In this document: positions 1-9,722 of the stretch, piece after piece
Layout of the letters: the number at the start of each line of letters is the position of its first letter
Position numbering within the stretch: the first letter of the stretch is position 1
NCBI GenBank assembly: GCA_039799905.1
Contig: JBDLRP010000030.1
Location: 19,577-83,576 of the forward strand
Length of the DNA: 64,000 nt
Origin: Pseudomonadota bacterium
GTDB taxonomy: Bacteria > Bdellovibrionota_B > Oligoflexia > Silvanigrellales > Silvanigrellaceae
Direction: 5' to 3'
The notes under the pieces: model-generated
What the model was told of the DNA's origin: nothing
What the model saw: the letters and a program-made list of their open reading frames with translations, nothing else
Database searches by the model: none
Translations under genes and position numbers: made by a program

Positions 1-128
1 ACGGGCCTTGAGCTCCGCCAGCGTGTTGATGGCCTTGGCGGCTGAATGCAGCGCCCCGCACTTTGCCTGAAAAGTGAAATAAGCCCGCCTGCACCCAATG
101 TTGAAGCTTATTTTCAATCTAAACGAAG

Positions 129-158
129 AAGGCCTCGGAGAATTCTCTCCGAGGCCTT
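129..158 (-). terminator. Intrinsic terminator hairpin downstream of rpsT
   Basis: Inverted repeat aaggcctcggag/ctccgaggcctt with a 6-nt loop, about 40 nt past the rpsT stop. Confidence 0.75.
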
Positions 159-196
159 TTCAGCATCACAATGCCGGATGTCACCGACACTGGGTA

Positions 197-475
197 TTAC
201 TTCGTTGTCACGCCTTTGGCCTTCTTGACCTGAGCGGACAGACGGCTGATGCGACGCGCCATGTTGTTTGCATGGATGACGCCCTTGCGACGGGTCACCG
301 CGATAACAGACTGAGTTTCGCGGAAAAGAGCGTCGAGCTGGTCGACCTTCTTGTTCTCGATAGCATCACGCAACTTGCGGATTGCGGTTTTCATTGCGCT
401 CATCACCTGACGGTTGCGCTCGTTGCGAACGATGGTCTGGCGTGCGCGCTTCTCAGCGGACTTATGAGTTGCCAT
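197..475 (-). CDS. rpsT: 30S ribosomal protein S20
   Basis: MATHKSAEKRARQ...RN...MKTAIRK...KGVIHANNMARRISRL is the S20 pattern; start trimmed to ATG 475. Confidence 0.97.
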   Translation of the reverse strand: MATHKSAEKRARQTIVRNERNRQVMSAMKTAIRKLRDAIENKKVDQLDALFRETQSVIAVTRRKGVIHANNMARRISRLSAQVKKAKGVTTK

Positions 476-610
476 GGAAAGCTCCAAAAGGGAGTGGCTG
501 TGCGTTTCAACGGGACTGCGAAGGACAGACACTCACTGGATTGAACCAGACCTTCGCCACCCACCGCCGCACTGCTCTGGAAAGCGCGGCAGAAAACTAA
601 ACACTAAAAC

Positions 611-859
611 TTAGCCGAGCTTGATGTTCGACTTCTTCAGCAGGTTGGCGACTGCATCCGACGGACGCGCGCCGATTTTGTACCAGTGGCTCATGCGCTC
701 AGCCTCGAGCGAGATCGTCGAAGGCTCGGTCATCGGGTTGTAGTAGCCCAGACGCTCGATGAAGCGACCGTTGCGGGCGTTGCGAGAGTCAGTCACAACC
801 ACCTGAAAGAATGGGCGGTTTTTGTTGCCAAAACGTTGCATACGAAACTTCAGTGCCAT
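611..859 (-). CDS. rpsP: 30S ribosomal protein S16
   Basis: MALKFRMQRFGNKNRPFFQVVVTDSRNARNGRFIERLGYYNP, S16 signature. Confidence 0.98.
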   Translation of the reverse strand: MALKFRMQRFGNKNRPFFQVVVTDSRNARNGRFIERLGYYNPMTEPSTISLEAERMSHWYKIGARPSDAVANLLKKSNIKLG

Positions 860-1159
860 GGAGGACTACCTTCTCTGTGTGGGAAACGAGGGCCCACTCA
901 CCCGGCGCTCTGTGAGTCCTGAAATAACCTCAACCATTTGAGGGTGTTTCTGAATGACTCCCGAACGCGTTGCTAGCCAATTCCGCTTTTAGCGGGAAAG
1001 CTCGCATACCGCCCGAATTTGCCGCTGTCAATCCGAAAGACGCTGGCAGTCCGCTCTCGTGCGTCTGGGTGTACAATCTAGAGAGCGAGGCAAGGCTGTG
1101 TTCGCCTGAAATGCACTCACATAGGGCATCTCGAGCACCCCAAACGGAGGTCGGAATCC

Positions 1160-2533
1160 GTGCGCCATCAAAAATTCCCCATGGGTGTACTGCTGACTCC
1201 CGAAGAAGGACTGGCAGCCGATTGTCAAACAGCTTTGCGCTCGTTCGGCCTTAAAAAACTGCAGGTCGTTGGAGAATTTGCCGAGCTTCAAAAACAAATC
1301 ATGGAGCACGCGTTCGACATCGTTCTCGTGGACACCGATTGTCTCGAGGGAGCAGACAAAAACGGAATTGTCAGCCGACTGCGCTCGGTCAACAATCATA
1401 AGCAGGGAGTCTTTGTTGCCCTGTCTCGCATCAATTCCCGCGAGGAATATCTTGAAATCCGCGCACAGGGTTTCTCAACTGTACTTATCAAGCCCATCAG
1501 TCTGGCGATGATGGAACAGGCACTTCTTGAAGTGGCAGAGCGGCAGCGCACCCAACCTGTCGACCGAGAATCCCTCACTAAAGTTCATGCCCACTTCCTC
1601 CAGGGGCACACTTTCGAGGCCGAACGCACACTCAACATCTGGCTGGAAAAAGAGCCTGAGTCACTCGAGGGGCTTACGCTTCTGTCTTTGCATCAGTTTA
1701 AAAAACAAGAGTACTACCGTGCCAATCAGACAATCAAAAAAGTTCTGAATCTCAACTCGGAATACGTGCCGGCACTGCAATTGCGCACGCGCATCTCGCT
1801 GCGGCTCGGACAGCTGGCAGAAGCTTTTCAGGCTCTGTCGCTCGAGGAGCGGGTGATCGCCCAATTCGATGCGCGACGCGCCGGAAGCCCAAATCACATG
1901 CTCAGCAAAAGCCAAATCGCCGAATTGTCCTTTAGTGAACAGTTCCAGACCCGCGAGGGAATAACCGCACTGCTCATCAATCTTGGCCTGCAGCTGAGTA
2001 AAACCGGACGATCAGATGAGTCACTGAAACTCTATGAACGTGCGATTGGTCCGCTCGAGGATGAAAATTCAAAATTCATCGCGCTGTTTAACCGCGGCAG
2101 ACTTTATCTCAACTTGAAAAAAACAATGCTGGCGCGCGCTGACTTGACTGAAGCGAGAAAAATTGCACCCCAAGAGCTGCAGGCAAAAATCTCTGAACTA
2201 CTCTCGATGTGCAATCCGGCCGAAGAAGCTTCGGCAATCGAAATGCTCAATAAACCGCGTAAACGCACGGGTGCTATGGCCGTCGCGGACCTGCTCAGCA
2301 TGGGAGATATTCCCCGGCCAAAACAGCAAAAATACAAGCCATTCGACCGCGACGAAGTTCTCAAACTCGTCTTTCTGGGAAAGATGCAGGAAGACACCGT
2401 GCCTCCCGAGAGTGTCGAAGAATGGCTGCAAATGAAAAAACGAATTCTTCACATTCTCTTTCTCGATGAACTTCCTTTGGTGGACAAGTCGCTGGCGCAG
2501 GTCGAAAGCGCGCCTGATCAGGGAGCACAATGA
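1160..2533 (+). CDS. Receiver-domain + TPR repeat protein
   Basis: REC-like N-terminus (FDIVLVD, VALS, LIKP) followed by TPR-like helices (INLGLQLSKTGRSDESLKLYERAI; FNRGRLY); GGAGG before GTG. Confidence 0.75.
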   Translation: MRHQKFPMGVLLTPEEGLAADCQTALRSFGLKKLQVVGEFAELQKQIMEHAFDIVLVDTDCLEGADKNGIVSRLRSVNNHKQGVFVALSRINSREEYLEIRAQGFSTVLIKPISLAMMEQALLEVAERQRTQPVDRESLTKVHAHFLQGHTFEAERTLNIWLEKEPESLEGLTLLSLHQFKKQEYYRANQTIKKVLNLNSEYVPALQLRTRISLRLGQLAEAFQALSLEERVIAQFDARRAGSPNHMLSKSQIAELSFSEQFQTREGITALLINLGLQLSKTGRSDESLKLYERAIGPLEDENSKFIALFNRGRLYLNLKKTMLARADLTEARKIAPQELQAKISELLSMCNPAEEASAIEMLNKPRKRTGAMAVADLLSMGDIPRPKQQKYKPFDRDEVLKLVFLGKMQEDTVPPESVEEWLQMKKRILHILFLDELPLVDKSLAQVESAPDQGAQ

Positions 2534-3675
2534 GCGAACTCATAAAACTCGGCGGAAACGGACTGAAAGACTTTTTTCTCGATCTGCGTGCAATGAGATT
2601 CACAGGAGAAATCAAATTTCACTGTCCTGACTGCACTAAATCAGTGATCATTCAGAGTGGCGAAATCACGCATTGCCTTTCAACATTGCTTGATGACCGG
2701 ATGGGTGACGTCATCTATCGTGAGGGAATCCTGTCACTCGACCTATTCATTGAGCTTGCAGGTAAGGTCAGTGACAAAGTTCGCTTTGGTGATCTGCTCA
2801 TCCAAAATAATTTTTTTACACTCGTCGATTTGTGGGATGCTCTCAACACCCAGTCAAAAAATATTTTGCAGTCGCTCGTATTTCATGAATTTTTGGAAGC
2901 TGAAATTCTCGACTCTGAAAGCCTCAAGACTCCGGACTTCGGCCTGCGTTTCCGCTGGGACGAATCGATTGATGAGGCGCTGGAGGAACTCAGGCTGGTG
3001 CGCCGTTTCGAAAGGGCCGCACGCAGACTCTCTGCCCTGGCGGTCGACGAGCGCAACCGCGCTTTGGCAAAAACTGATTTTCTCCGCGATATGCTCAGCC
3101 TCGTTGAGGAGCACGCGGACTTCAACGTGGTTGTTGATGAAAAGAGCCCGCTGTCGAAAGTTTATACAGTGCGGGCGCTGTTCCAAATGTATTCAATGGG
3201 AATAATTACCGACGTTTGGGATTTGTTTGCTCAAGATCTTCTGATTCCCGCCGAAAACGAGCTTCAAGAGGTAGTCAGCTCCTCGAACAGAGTCTTCATG
3301 ATGATGGAAGAGCTCGTTCAGCAACGAATGCTGTCAGGATGGGACGCCGCGGTGAAGAGAGCAGTTCGAATCCTAGAGCGCGAACTTGGTACGGGAGTCA
3401 ACCTCGTACCGAACCAGGGTTTCTCCGTCCAACAAATCCACAAAGCAATAGCACTCAACCGTGATTTGAAAATTCGTGCGATGCGTGCGCAGGAGCACAG
3501 GTGGCCCTTGTCGGTCATCGCACTCATTCAGGAGGGATTGCATAAAGCAATTTTATATCTGCTGTTTGAAATTTCAAACAACCGCGGAATGGAGGAAGAT
3601 TCAAGAAAAATACATGCTGAATTGGTGAATGCGAGAGGTTCTTATTTTTCAAGAGTTGCCGAAGCCATTTCCTAA
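2530..3675 (+). CDS. DUF4388/PatA-N-like domain protein
   Basis: FTGEI...KSVIIQSGEI...DDRMGDVIYREG...RFGDLLIQ...LWDALNTQ pattern; ATGA overlap with upstream gene. Confidence 0.65.
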   Translation: MSELIKLGGNGLKDFFLDLRAMRFTGEIKFHCPDCTKSVIIQSGEITHCLSTLLDDRMGDVIYREGILSLDLFIELAGKVSDKVRFGDLLIQNNFFTLVDLWDALNTQSKNILQSLVFHEFLEAEILDSESLKTPDFGLRFRWDESIDEALEELRLVRRFERAARRLSALAVDERNRALAKTDFLRDMLSLVEEHADFNVVVDEKSPLSKVYTVRALFQMYSMGIITDVWDLFAQDLLIPAENELQEVVSSSNRVFMMMEELVQQRMLSGWDAAVKRAVRILERELGTGVNLVPNQGFSVQQIHKAIALNRDLKIRAMRAQEHRWPLSVIALIQEGLHKAILYLLFEISNNRGMEEDSRKIHAELVNARGSYFSRVAEAIS

Positions 3676-3687
3676 AAGGAGTTCTCT

Positions 3688-4011
3688 ATGGCAAACCAAG
3701 TTGCGGCTCACGGATTTACACTGACACAAGCGCTGCGCGATTGCTGCGAGGGCGAGTCGACTGACAAGCTCATGCCGCTGGCGCTGCACAATTTTGGAAG
3801 CCGCTGGGCACTATCTCTCGAGGGCAACGAGCATGTCGCGCACCTGACGTGGAACGATGGTCCGTTTCACGGAGACGTGACCATGAAATCTTCAGATATG
3901 TACCACAGCATCCATGGTGCGACGAAGCGCGCAATGGAGCAGATAAAGAAAGCGCACAGCAAACGCTATGACCATCACAAACCCGTGAAGGGAATCGCGC
4001 AAGCGAGCTGA
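3688..4011 (+). CDS. hpf: Short ribosome hibernation factor (HPF/RaiA family), divergent
   Basis: HGFTLTQALRD...SSDMYHSIHGATKRAMEQIKK matches the S30AE/HPF pattern; AAAGGAG RBS. Confidence 0.75.
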   Translation: MANQVAAHGFTLTQALRDCCEGESTDKLMPLALHNFGSRWALSLEGNEHVAHLTWNDGPFHGDVTMKSSDMYHSIHGATKRAMEQIKKAHSKRYDHHKPVKGIAQAS

Positions 4012-4046
4012 GTGCGGCAGTAGACTGCCCTTGCACAGAAGTCCGG

Positions 4047-6164
4047 TCAGATTTGCGTCTGACCGGACTTTTTTGTTCTCCGCGGGCGAAATCTCAAAGC
4101 AAGCCACCCCGCAAACAGCATAACGGGTAGACTCGTCCACATCTCGAGTTTTTTGCGCGGATGGGTGGCGGCTAAACTAGAAACGACACACCCCGAAGTC
4201 ACCTGACTGGTGTCGCCCGAATTGACCGCGAAATCAGCCTGACTAATGAGGCCACCCGCTTTGCTGGGATCGGTGACAGCCGTCACCGAGTTTGTCGCAC
4301 TCAAAAGACCGCTTCCAAGAAGAAACACCTTGACGTCGGGATAAGGCTGATAGGCGAAGTCCGCATTTGCAAGATTCCCATCAGGAAGCGTTCCGTACAA
4401 CAAATCGAAATTCGCATAACGTAAAAGTAGCGAACGGATGACACTCGCAGAAAGATTGTTTCCCACTGCTTTGAGCAGCCCAGCAACTCCGGCCACGTGC
4501 GGGGCTGCCTGACTTGTACCGCTTTTTCCGGTTGTGTCGCCTCCCGGAATTGACGAAATAATATTTGAACCCGGCGCGCAGATATCAACCCAATCCCCAA
4601 AATTGCTGAATCTGCTTTTCAATCGGCGGCCACGCACTGGTCCGCTCCCTTGCGTCAGGTCGCTAGAGCCTGTTGGTTCGGTCGAAAACGAACCAACATC
4701 GCCGACATCATGGCTTGTGGAGCAGACGGCAACGACGTCACGAAATGCCGCTGGAAACATCGGAACCTCGACGTTTTGATTTCCTGCGGCAGCAACCATC
4801 AGAATGTCGTTGGCAATCAGCCTGCGTGCGGTCAGCGACAGTGCGCGGCTGGAAAAATACTTGCCGAGGCTCAGGTTCACAATATTTGTCACCAGTAAAT
4901 CGGATCTCCCCGGCACGGTCAGATCGAGCACATAACCAAGTGCCTGAAGTTGCGCCGCATCTGAAATTCCGCCATCGACTTCAATCATCGTCTCGGGGTT
5001 GTAGGGCCCTTCGGAATTGCAATTCGGCTTCTCCGCACCGCGGGTCAGAAAACATCTTCTCGCCGCACGAATCGCAAGAATCTTGCAATTGAGCGGACAC
5101 ACTCCAACAAATCCAGCGCGTGCCGAAGAACCGCCTGCGACAATTCCGGCAACGTGCGAACCATGACCACAGGATGAGGCCCTGCTGCCGGATTCAGGAG
5201 GGCAGGGCGCACCTGCGCCACCAACGTCGCCGGAGCCTGGAATTGTCGCAGGCCCGCGATCAATCTCACCCTTGGGAATGCTCGCATTGACTCCCATAAA
5301 ATCGTCGACCCAGCCGTTGCCGTCATCGTCCACCTGAGGCTTTCCGCCCTTCTGCGGATCTTCGGCCTCGTTTCTATAAAGCCGCCCCTGCAGAGCCTGA
5401 CCGGGTTGATCGAGTGCGTTGTCGACTCCCGTGTCGATGACGGCAACGACGACCGTGTTGCCTTTTTCCATAACAGGAACAAGTTGATCCAAACCGAGCA
5501 GAAAAGTGTTCCACTGCGCCTTAAGCCTGTCGGCAATTTTCGGATCGTCTCCCGCCGGAGCGTCTTGCTGCACCTCACTTTCGAGGTTGGGCTCCGCAAA
5601 CTCAACTCCGCCCACATCTTCAAGAGATTCCCACATCCAGCGCACAAGAAATCTGTCTTTTTCCTCGCCACCCTGCAGTTGCGATAATTTTTGACTCCAG
5701 ACTGAACTCGTCATCAGCAGATTACGGACTCCGGAGATTCCCCCGCGGAAGCGAACCTCAGCGAATCCGAAAACGGGCAGTGGTGCCGCTCCTGACGGCA
5801 GTGTTTTTTCAAAGTTTGCAATCGGCTGAACGTGTGCTTCCAAAAGCAAATTCAAGTCCGTGACGAGCGCACTTCTTTGCAAAAGACTATCTTCACGGAC
5901 AAGAATATCTGCAAGAGTTTCTGCAACCAGCCCGCGCAGGACAGAACGTGATTTCAACTGCTGGTGTTCACGCGACAGCGCAACGATCCACGATTCTCCA
6001 TCCCAGATCTTCTGCCAACGCTGAAAACTGTCCATGGTTGGCCATGTGACGCCCGATACCTTCTGTTCAACCTCGTAGCGCGATTTGCCATCTCCGCACG
6101 AGAGCAGAGCGAAAAGTGTAACCATTGACACAAAGAGCAAACAGCGGTGAACACGATGAATCAT
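4047..6164 (-). CDS. S8 subtilase lipoprotein with C-terminal sorting-like tail (paralog B)
   Basis: Lipobox LLSC; triad VIDTG, HGSHVAG, SGTSQAAPHVAG; AAAGN oxyanion motif; tail GCVVSSLA...hydrophobic...RFRPRR. Confidence 0.92.
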   Translation of the reverse strand: MIHRVHRCLLFVSMVTLFALLSCGDGKSRYEVEQKVSGVTWPTMDSFQRWQKIWDGESWIVALSREHQQLKSRSVLRGLVAETLADILVREDSLLQRSALVTDLNLLLEAHVQPIANFEKTLPSGAAPLPVFGFAEVRFRGGISGVRNLLMTSSVWSQKLSQLQGGEEKDRFLVRWMWESLEDVGGVEFAEPNLESEVQQDAPAGDDPKIADRLKAQWNTFLLGLDQLVPVMEKGNTVVVAVIDTGVDNALDQPGQALQGRLYRNEAEDPQKGGKPQVDDDGNGWVDDFMGVNASIPKGEIDRGPATIPGSGDVGGAGAPCPPESGSRASSCGHGSHVAGIVAGGSSARAGFVGVCPLNCKILAIRAARRCFLTRGAEKPNCNSEGPYNPETMIEVDGGISDAAQLQALGYVLDLTVPGRSDLLVTNIVNLSLGKYFSSRALSLTARRLIANDILMVAAAGNQNVEVPMFPAAFRDVVAVCSTSHDVGDVGSFSTEPTGSSDLTQGSGPVRGRRLKSRFSNFGDWVDICAPGSNIISSIPGGDTTGKSGTSQAAPHVAGVAGLLKAVGNNLSASVIRSLLLRYANFDLLYGTLPDGNLANADFAYQPYPDVKVFLLGSGLLSATNSVTAVTDPSKAGGLISQADFAVNSGDTSQVTSGCVVSSLAATHPRKKLEMWTSLPVMLFAGWLALRFRPRRTKKSGQTQI

Positions 6165-8254
6165 GACGACTTTGCCTTCTTTGCTGAACGCTGGAGGAGC
6201 CTGAAAATTCTAAAAAATGCCAACAACAGAATCAGTAGTACGGGTGTGCTGCCGAATGCGTGTGTCGCACGACCACCTGCCTTTTGTGCGAATGCCAGCG
6301 AACCGACGATGCAACCACCGGGCTGATTGGCAAGAAAATTGAAGTTGGTCTTGCTCTGGCGCTTTCCCTGAATAGCAGCATCGAGATCGAGAAATCCCGC
6401 CCCAAGCAAATTGTCGCAAACAGATGTGTCCGTGTAACACGCGCGATAGAGCCGCTCATCAGAGCCGGGTACACGGTTATATGAAGAGTTGTAGAGCGAT
6501 TCCGAATCGGCCGCGTTTTTCAAAAGTTCTATAACCTGAGCGGCACTCTTGGTGTTCCCGTTGTATGCCAGTAGATATCCGAGCGCACCCGCGACAAACG
6601 GAGTCGCCTGACTGGTCCCGCTCTTATCTACAAACAGTCCACCGCCGTCTGAAGTTTTGCCAGGGATCGTCGAGACTATGTCGGTACCCGGTGCGCAGAG
6701 ATCTACCCAATCGCCGAAATTGCTGAATGGTGCGCGGCCATAGGCGCCCTGCGCGTAATCCTCACTGGTTGCACAAACCGCAACAACACTGTCATAGGCA
6801 GCAGGATAACTGGGTGTCTCGGTTCCGTCGTTGCCCGCGGCAGCGACAACAATGATGTTCTTTCTCTGCAGATTGCGGATGATGTAGCTCATCGTTCGTG
6901 AAGCAAAATATTTGCCGAGACTGAGGTTTACAACATTCACAAGCAGGCGGCCCGGATTATCGGGCGCGCGCAGGTTGTAAAGATAGGTCAGCGCACGGAT
7001 CTGCGATGAATCCGAAATGCCGCCGTCTACCTCATAAGAAGTGAACGGATCGAACTTGCTTGTTGGTTTGACACACTCAAGTTTGTTTTGAGTGTCAGGT
7101 TGAAGACACCGTTCGGCAACACGAATCGACAAAATTCGACAACTCGGACAAATACCCATCGTACTTAAGTCGCCACCATGCTTGGCGGCAACAATACCGG
7201 CAACGTGACTTCCATGGCCGCAATTGGCCGAAAGCTCATCATTGGGTCGGATGCGCGGACAAGATTTTCCCGCACCTCCCAGATCTGCATGTCCCGGCTT
7301 GGGGTCGACTCCATCGTCTTTTCCACATTCACTTGTTGCGTCGATACCGTGAACGTCATCGACGAAACAATTGCCATCGTTGTCCTGACCGTCTGCCTTT
7401 TCAGCAGGATTGACGAACATCTGATCTTTGAGCTCGGGATGCGACGAATCAACGCCCGTGTCGAGAATGGCAACGTTGACGGCGGGAAGGGACTGCCGGG
7501 ACTTCTCGACAAAAGAAAAGGCGCTGTCAGCCCTCATCCGCTTGAGCACTGCAACAATCGACGTGTTGTATTTAAATTCTGGCGCCAACCCAAAAGCGGG
7601 CTCTTGAGCAGACTGACTTCGCCATGGTTTCAGATAACCAACGAGATTCGGCTCAATCCACTCCACGGGCCACGTCGAGCTGAATGCATTCATCAATGAA
7701 CGCACGCCATCAACATGTTCCAAGGACTCGCGCAGGCGAAAAGCCTCAGCGACTCCAAAATTATGTAAGGACGAAAGTGCGTTTCCAACGTCAGACATCT
7801 TGATGAAATAGATTCCCAGACGCTCCACGCCATCCTGAGCGAAGTCGGCTGGCGTGCCATCTGGAACCAACTGCGCATCAGCATGGAGCACCTGTCGTTC
7901 GAGATTGAGTCCGGCAGCAATAATGCCTTTTATCTGTGACAGATCACTCTGGCGCAGACTGCGCTCGGCCTGCGAGTGGCGGATAATTGCTCCGGCCAAA
8001 ATTGTCTGCGCACGGATGCGGGCGTCATCAGTTGAAAGATTGACTTGCTCAGTCATGCCGACAATGAATGTTTTGCGATCCCACTGCGGCAGCCAAGCCT
8101 CGACATTTTCGGAACCGGCAAGCCTGACGTTCTGTGCGGCTATTTTTGTTTTCAGTTGCAGGGGCGAATCCGTCCGCCCGCACGCACCAAGGAGAAAAAC
8201 TCCCGACAGCAAAATGCTCTTCAATCGACTGTCAGAAAGCAGTTGCAATGGCAT
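6161..8254 (-). CDS. S8 subtilase lipoprotein with C-terminal sorting-like tail (paralog A)
   Basis: Lipobox LGAC; ILDTG, HGSHVAG, SGTSQATPFVAG, AAAGN; tail GGCIVGSLA...PVLLILLLAFFRIFR; start set at ATG 1 nt after the rhomboid stop. Confidence 0.92.
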   Translation of the reverse strand: MPLQLLSDSRLKSILLSGVFLLGACGRTDSPLQLKTKIAAQNVRLAGSENVEAWLPQWDRKTFIVGMTEQVNLSTDDARIRAQTILAGAIIRHSQAERSLRQSDLSQIKGIIAAGLNLERQVLHADAQLVPDGTPADFAQDGVERLGIYFIKMSDVGNALSSLHNFGVAEAFRLRESLEHVDGVRSLMNAFSSTWPVEWIEPNLVGYLKPWRSQSAQEPAFGLAPEFKYNTSIVAVLKRMRADSAFSFVEKSRQSLPAVNVAILDTGVDSSHPELKDQMFVNPAEKADGQDNDGNCFVDDVHGIDATSECGKDDGVDPKPGHADLGGAGKSCPRIRPNDELSANCGHGSHVAGIVAAKHGGDLSTMGICPSCRILSIRVAERCLQPDTQNKLECVKPTSKFDPFTSYEVDGGISDSSQIRALTYLYNLRAPDNPGRLLVNVVNLSLGKYFASRTMSYIIRNLQRKNIIVVAAAGNDGTETPSYPAAYDSVVAVCATSEDYAQGAYGRAPFSNFGDWVDLCAPGTDIVSTIPGKTSDGGGLFVDKSGTSQATPFVAGALGYLLAYNGNTKSAAQVIELLKNAADSESLYNSSYNRVPGSDERLYRACYTDTSVCDNLLGAGFLDLDAAIQGKRQSKTNFNFLANQPGGCIVGSLAFAQKAGGRATHAFGSTPVLLILLLAFFRIFRLLQRSAKKAKSS

Positions 8255-8255
8255 T

Positions 8256-9722
8256 TCAGAGCCCCCGCTCAGGCAACCGGTGGCCCGCGTCGGCAGGAGC
8301 CGCACCGCGCGCATTCAACAATCCCAATTGCTCGCTGCGGATCAGCTCGCCGCGAAAAAGATCGAGTTCAAAAAAACAGGCACGGCGGTAAGCCCGATCT
8401 CCAAAAGACGTATCACCTCCCTGATCTTCACCCAAGGGAGTAGGCTGCTCCTCGCATCGGCGGGTCTCGAGCCAGAAGTCAGCAATTGCCGATCGCGCCA
8501 ATTCCTTATTGCCAAAGTCATCATAAAAGGCACATTTATAAAGGAGTCCCGACACAGAATAAAATCCGAGGCTGTGCACGTAATCAGCAGCTTTGCGGCA
8601 ATAATCGGGCTCCGGCGCCGTCGAGCGTCCGCCATCCGTAAGAGCACTGATGAGCGTGCTGTCGGGCGGCTGGCGAGAGCGCGACAGTTCAACAGCCTGT
8701 TCAAGCAGCGCCTGAGTCGACTTAGACGCAAACTCCGGACGCCCGAGTCCGCGCTCATTGAGAACCAGCAGAACATTGAACAATACAGTCGCGGAATCAT
8801 ATTTTCCCGCAGAATGCCGCGCCAATGCCTGCTCGAGCATAGCATCGGGATTTGCCGGCGAACTGCTTTCATCAAATGAATTCCGATAGGCAGGCAAGTC
8901 GAACACAGCATGTCCCTGCATCGTCGAATTACTTGCATCCAAAACACCGAGACCAAAAACCCGATCCGCAAATGCGACCTGCGGAATCTTGAGGAGCGAC
9001 AACATGACAAACACTGCCACAGTGCCAAGATAGAAACCTTCACGCTGAAAAAATTTCAATTTGAATGACTCGGGATCGACGCGCCAATATTTGACCATAC
9101 TCATCAGGCGGACATTGATTTTGTGCCGCATCACAAGCCCTACGCCAATAAAAGCTCCGGCAATGGCACCCCCAAGGTGTGAGGCCCAGTCGATGTTGGG
9201 AATTAAAAAAGTGATGATGGCGTTGATGACAATCACGGGTCCCAGTGATGTTCTGAGTTTGATGCCTGTGGTTTCGGCCGTTATTTTTTGCTGGTGCCTT
9301 TCGAGTACATAAAGAGCCAGCAGAAGAGCAAAAAGACTACTCGAGGCTCCAACTGAAAGGGTACTTGTGAAGGTAAAACTGACCGCATTGCCCAACAGAC
9401 CACCCAGCACATAGGTGACAAATAAATTGCGCGCACCCGTGAGCACCTCAAAGATCCGGCCGAACTGATAAAGAGCAAACATGTTGAACAAGATATGCGC
9501 GGGACTTGCATGCAGGAACATCGGAAAGAAGAGACGTCCGATTTCACCCTCGGCGATCAATCCATTTTCTTTTGCGCCGTAGCGGATGAGATTCTCGTAG
9601 GTAGGTCCGCCTTGATATTGGATTAGCAGATAAATGAGAACGTTGATTGCGATCAAAACAAAAGTCAAAAACGGCGGCTTCATTGCCGTACCTGCGTCAG
9701 TCGTTGTCGGATCTGAACTCAC
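8256..9722 (-). CDS. Rhomboid-family intramembrane serine protease with long C-terminal extension
   Basis: MFLHASPAHILFNM, catalytic VGASS and WASHLGGAIAG; multiple TM segments; about 230-aa soluble C-terminus. Confidence 0.93.
   Translation of the reverse strand: MSSDPTTTDAGTAMKPPFLTFVLIAINVLIYLLIQYQGGPTYENLIRYGAKENGLIAEGEIGRLFFPMFLHASPAHILFNMFALYQFGRIFEVLTGARNLFVTYVLGGLLGNAVSFTFTSTLSVGASSSLFALLLALYVLERHQQKITAETTGIKLRTSLGPVIVINAIITFLIPNIDWASHLGGAIAGAFIGVGLVMRHKINVRLMSMVKYWRVDPESFKLKFFQREGFYLGTVAVFVMLSLLKIPQVAFADRVFGLGVLDASNSTMQGHAVFDLPAYRNSFDESSSPANPDAMLEQALARHSAGKYDSATVLFNVLLVLNERGLGRPEFASKSTQALLEQAVELSRSRQPPDSTLISALTDGGRSTAPEPDYCRKAADYVHSLGFYSVSGLLYKCAFYDDFGNKELARSAIADFWLETRRCEEQPTPLGEDQGGDTSFGDRAYRRACFFELDLFRGELIRSEQLGLLNARGAAPADAGHRLPERGL

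Noticed and set aside
1..120. Possible partial gene at the window start
   Set aside because: Too short to assign frame or product
7854..8879. 341-aa plus-strand ORF
   Set aside because: Antisense shadow of the rhomboid and subtilase; no motifs
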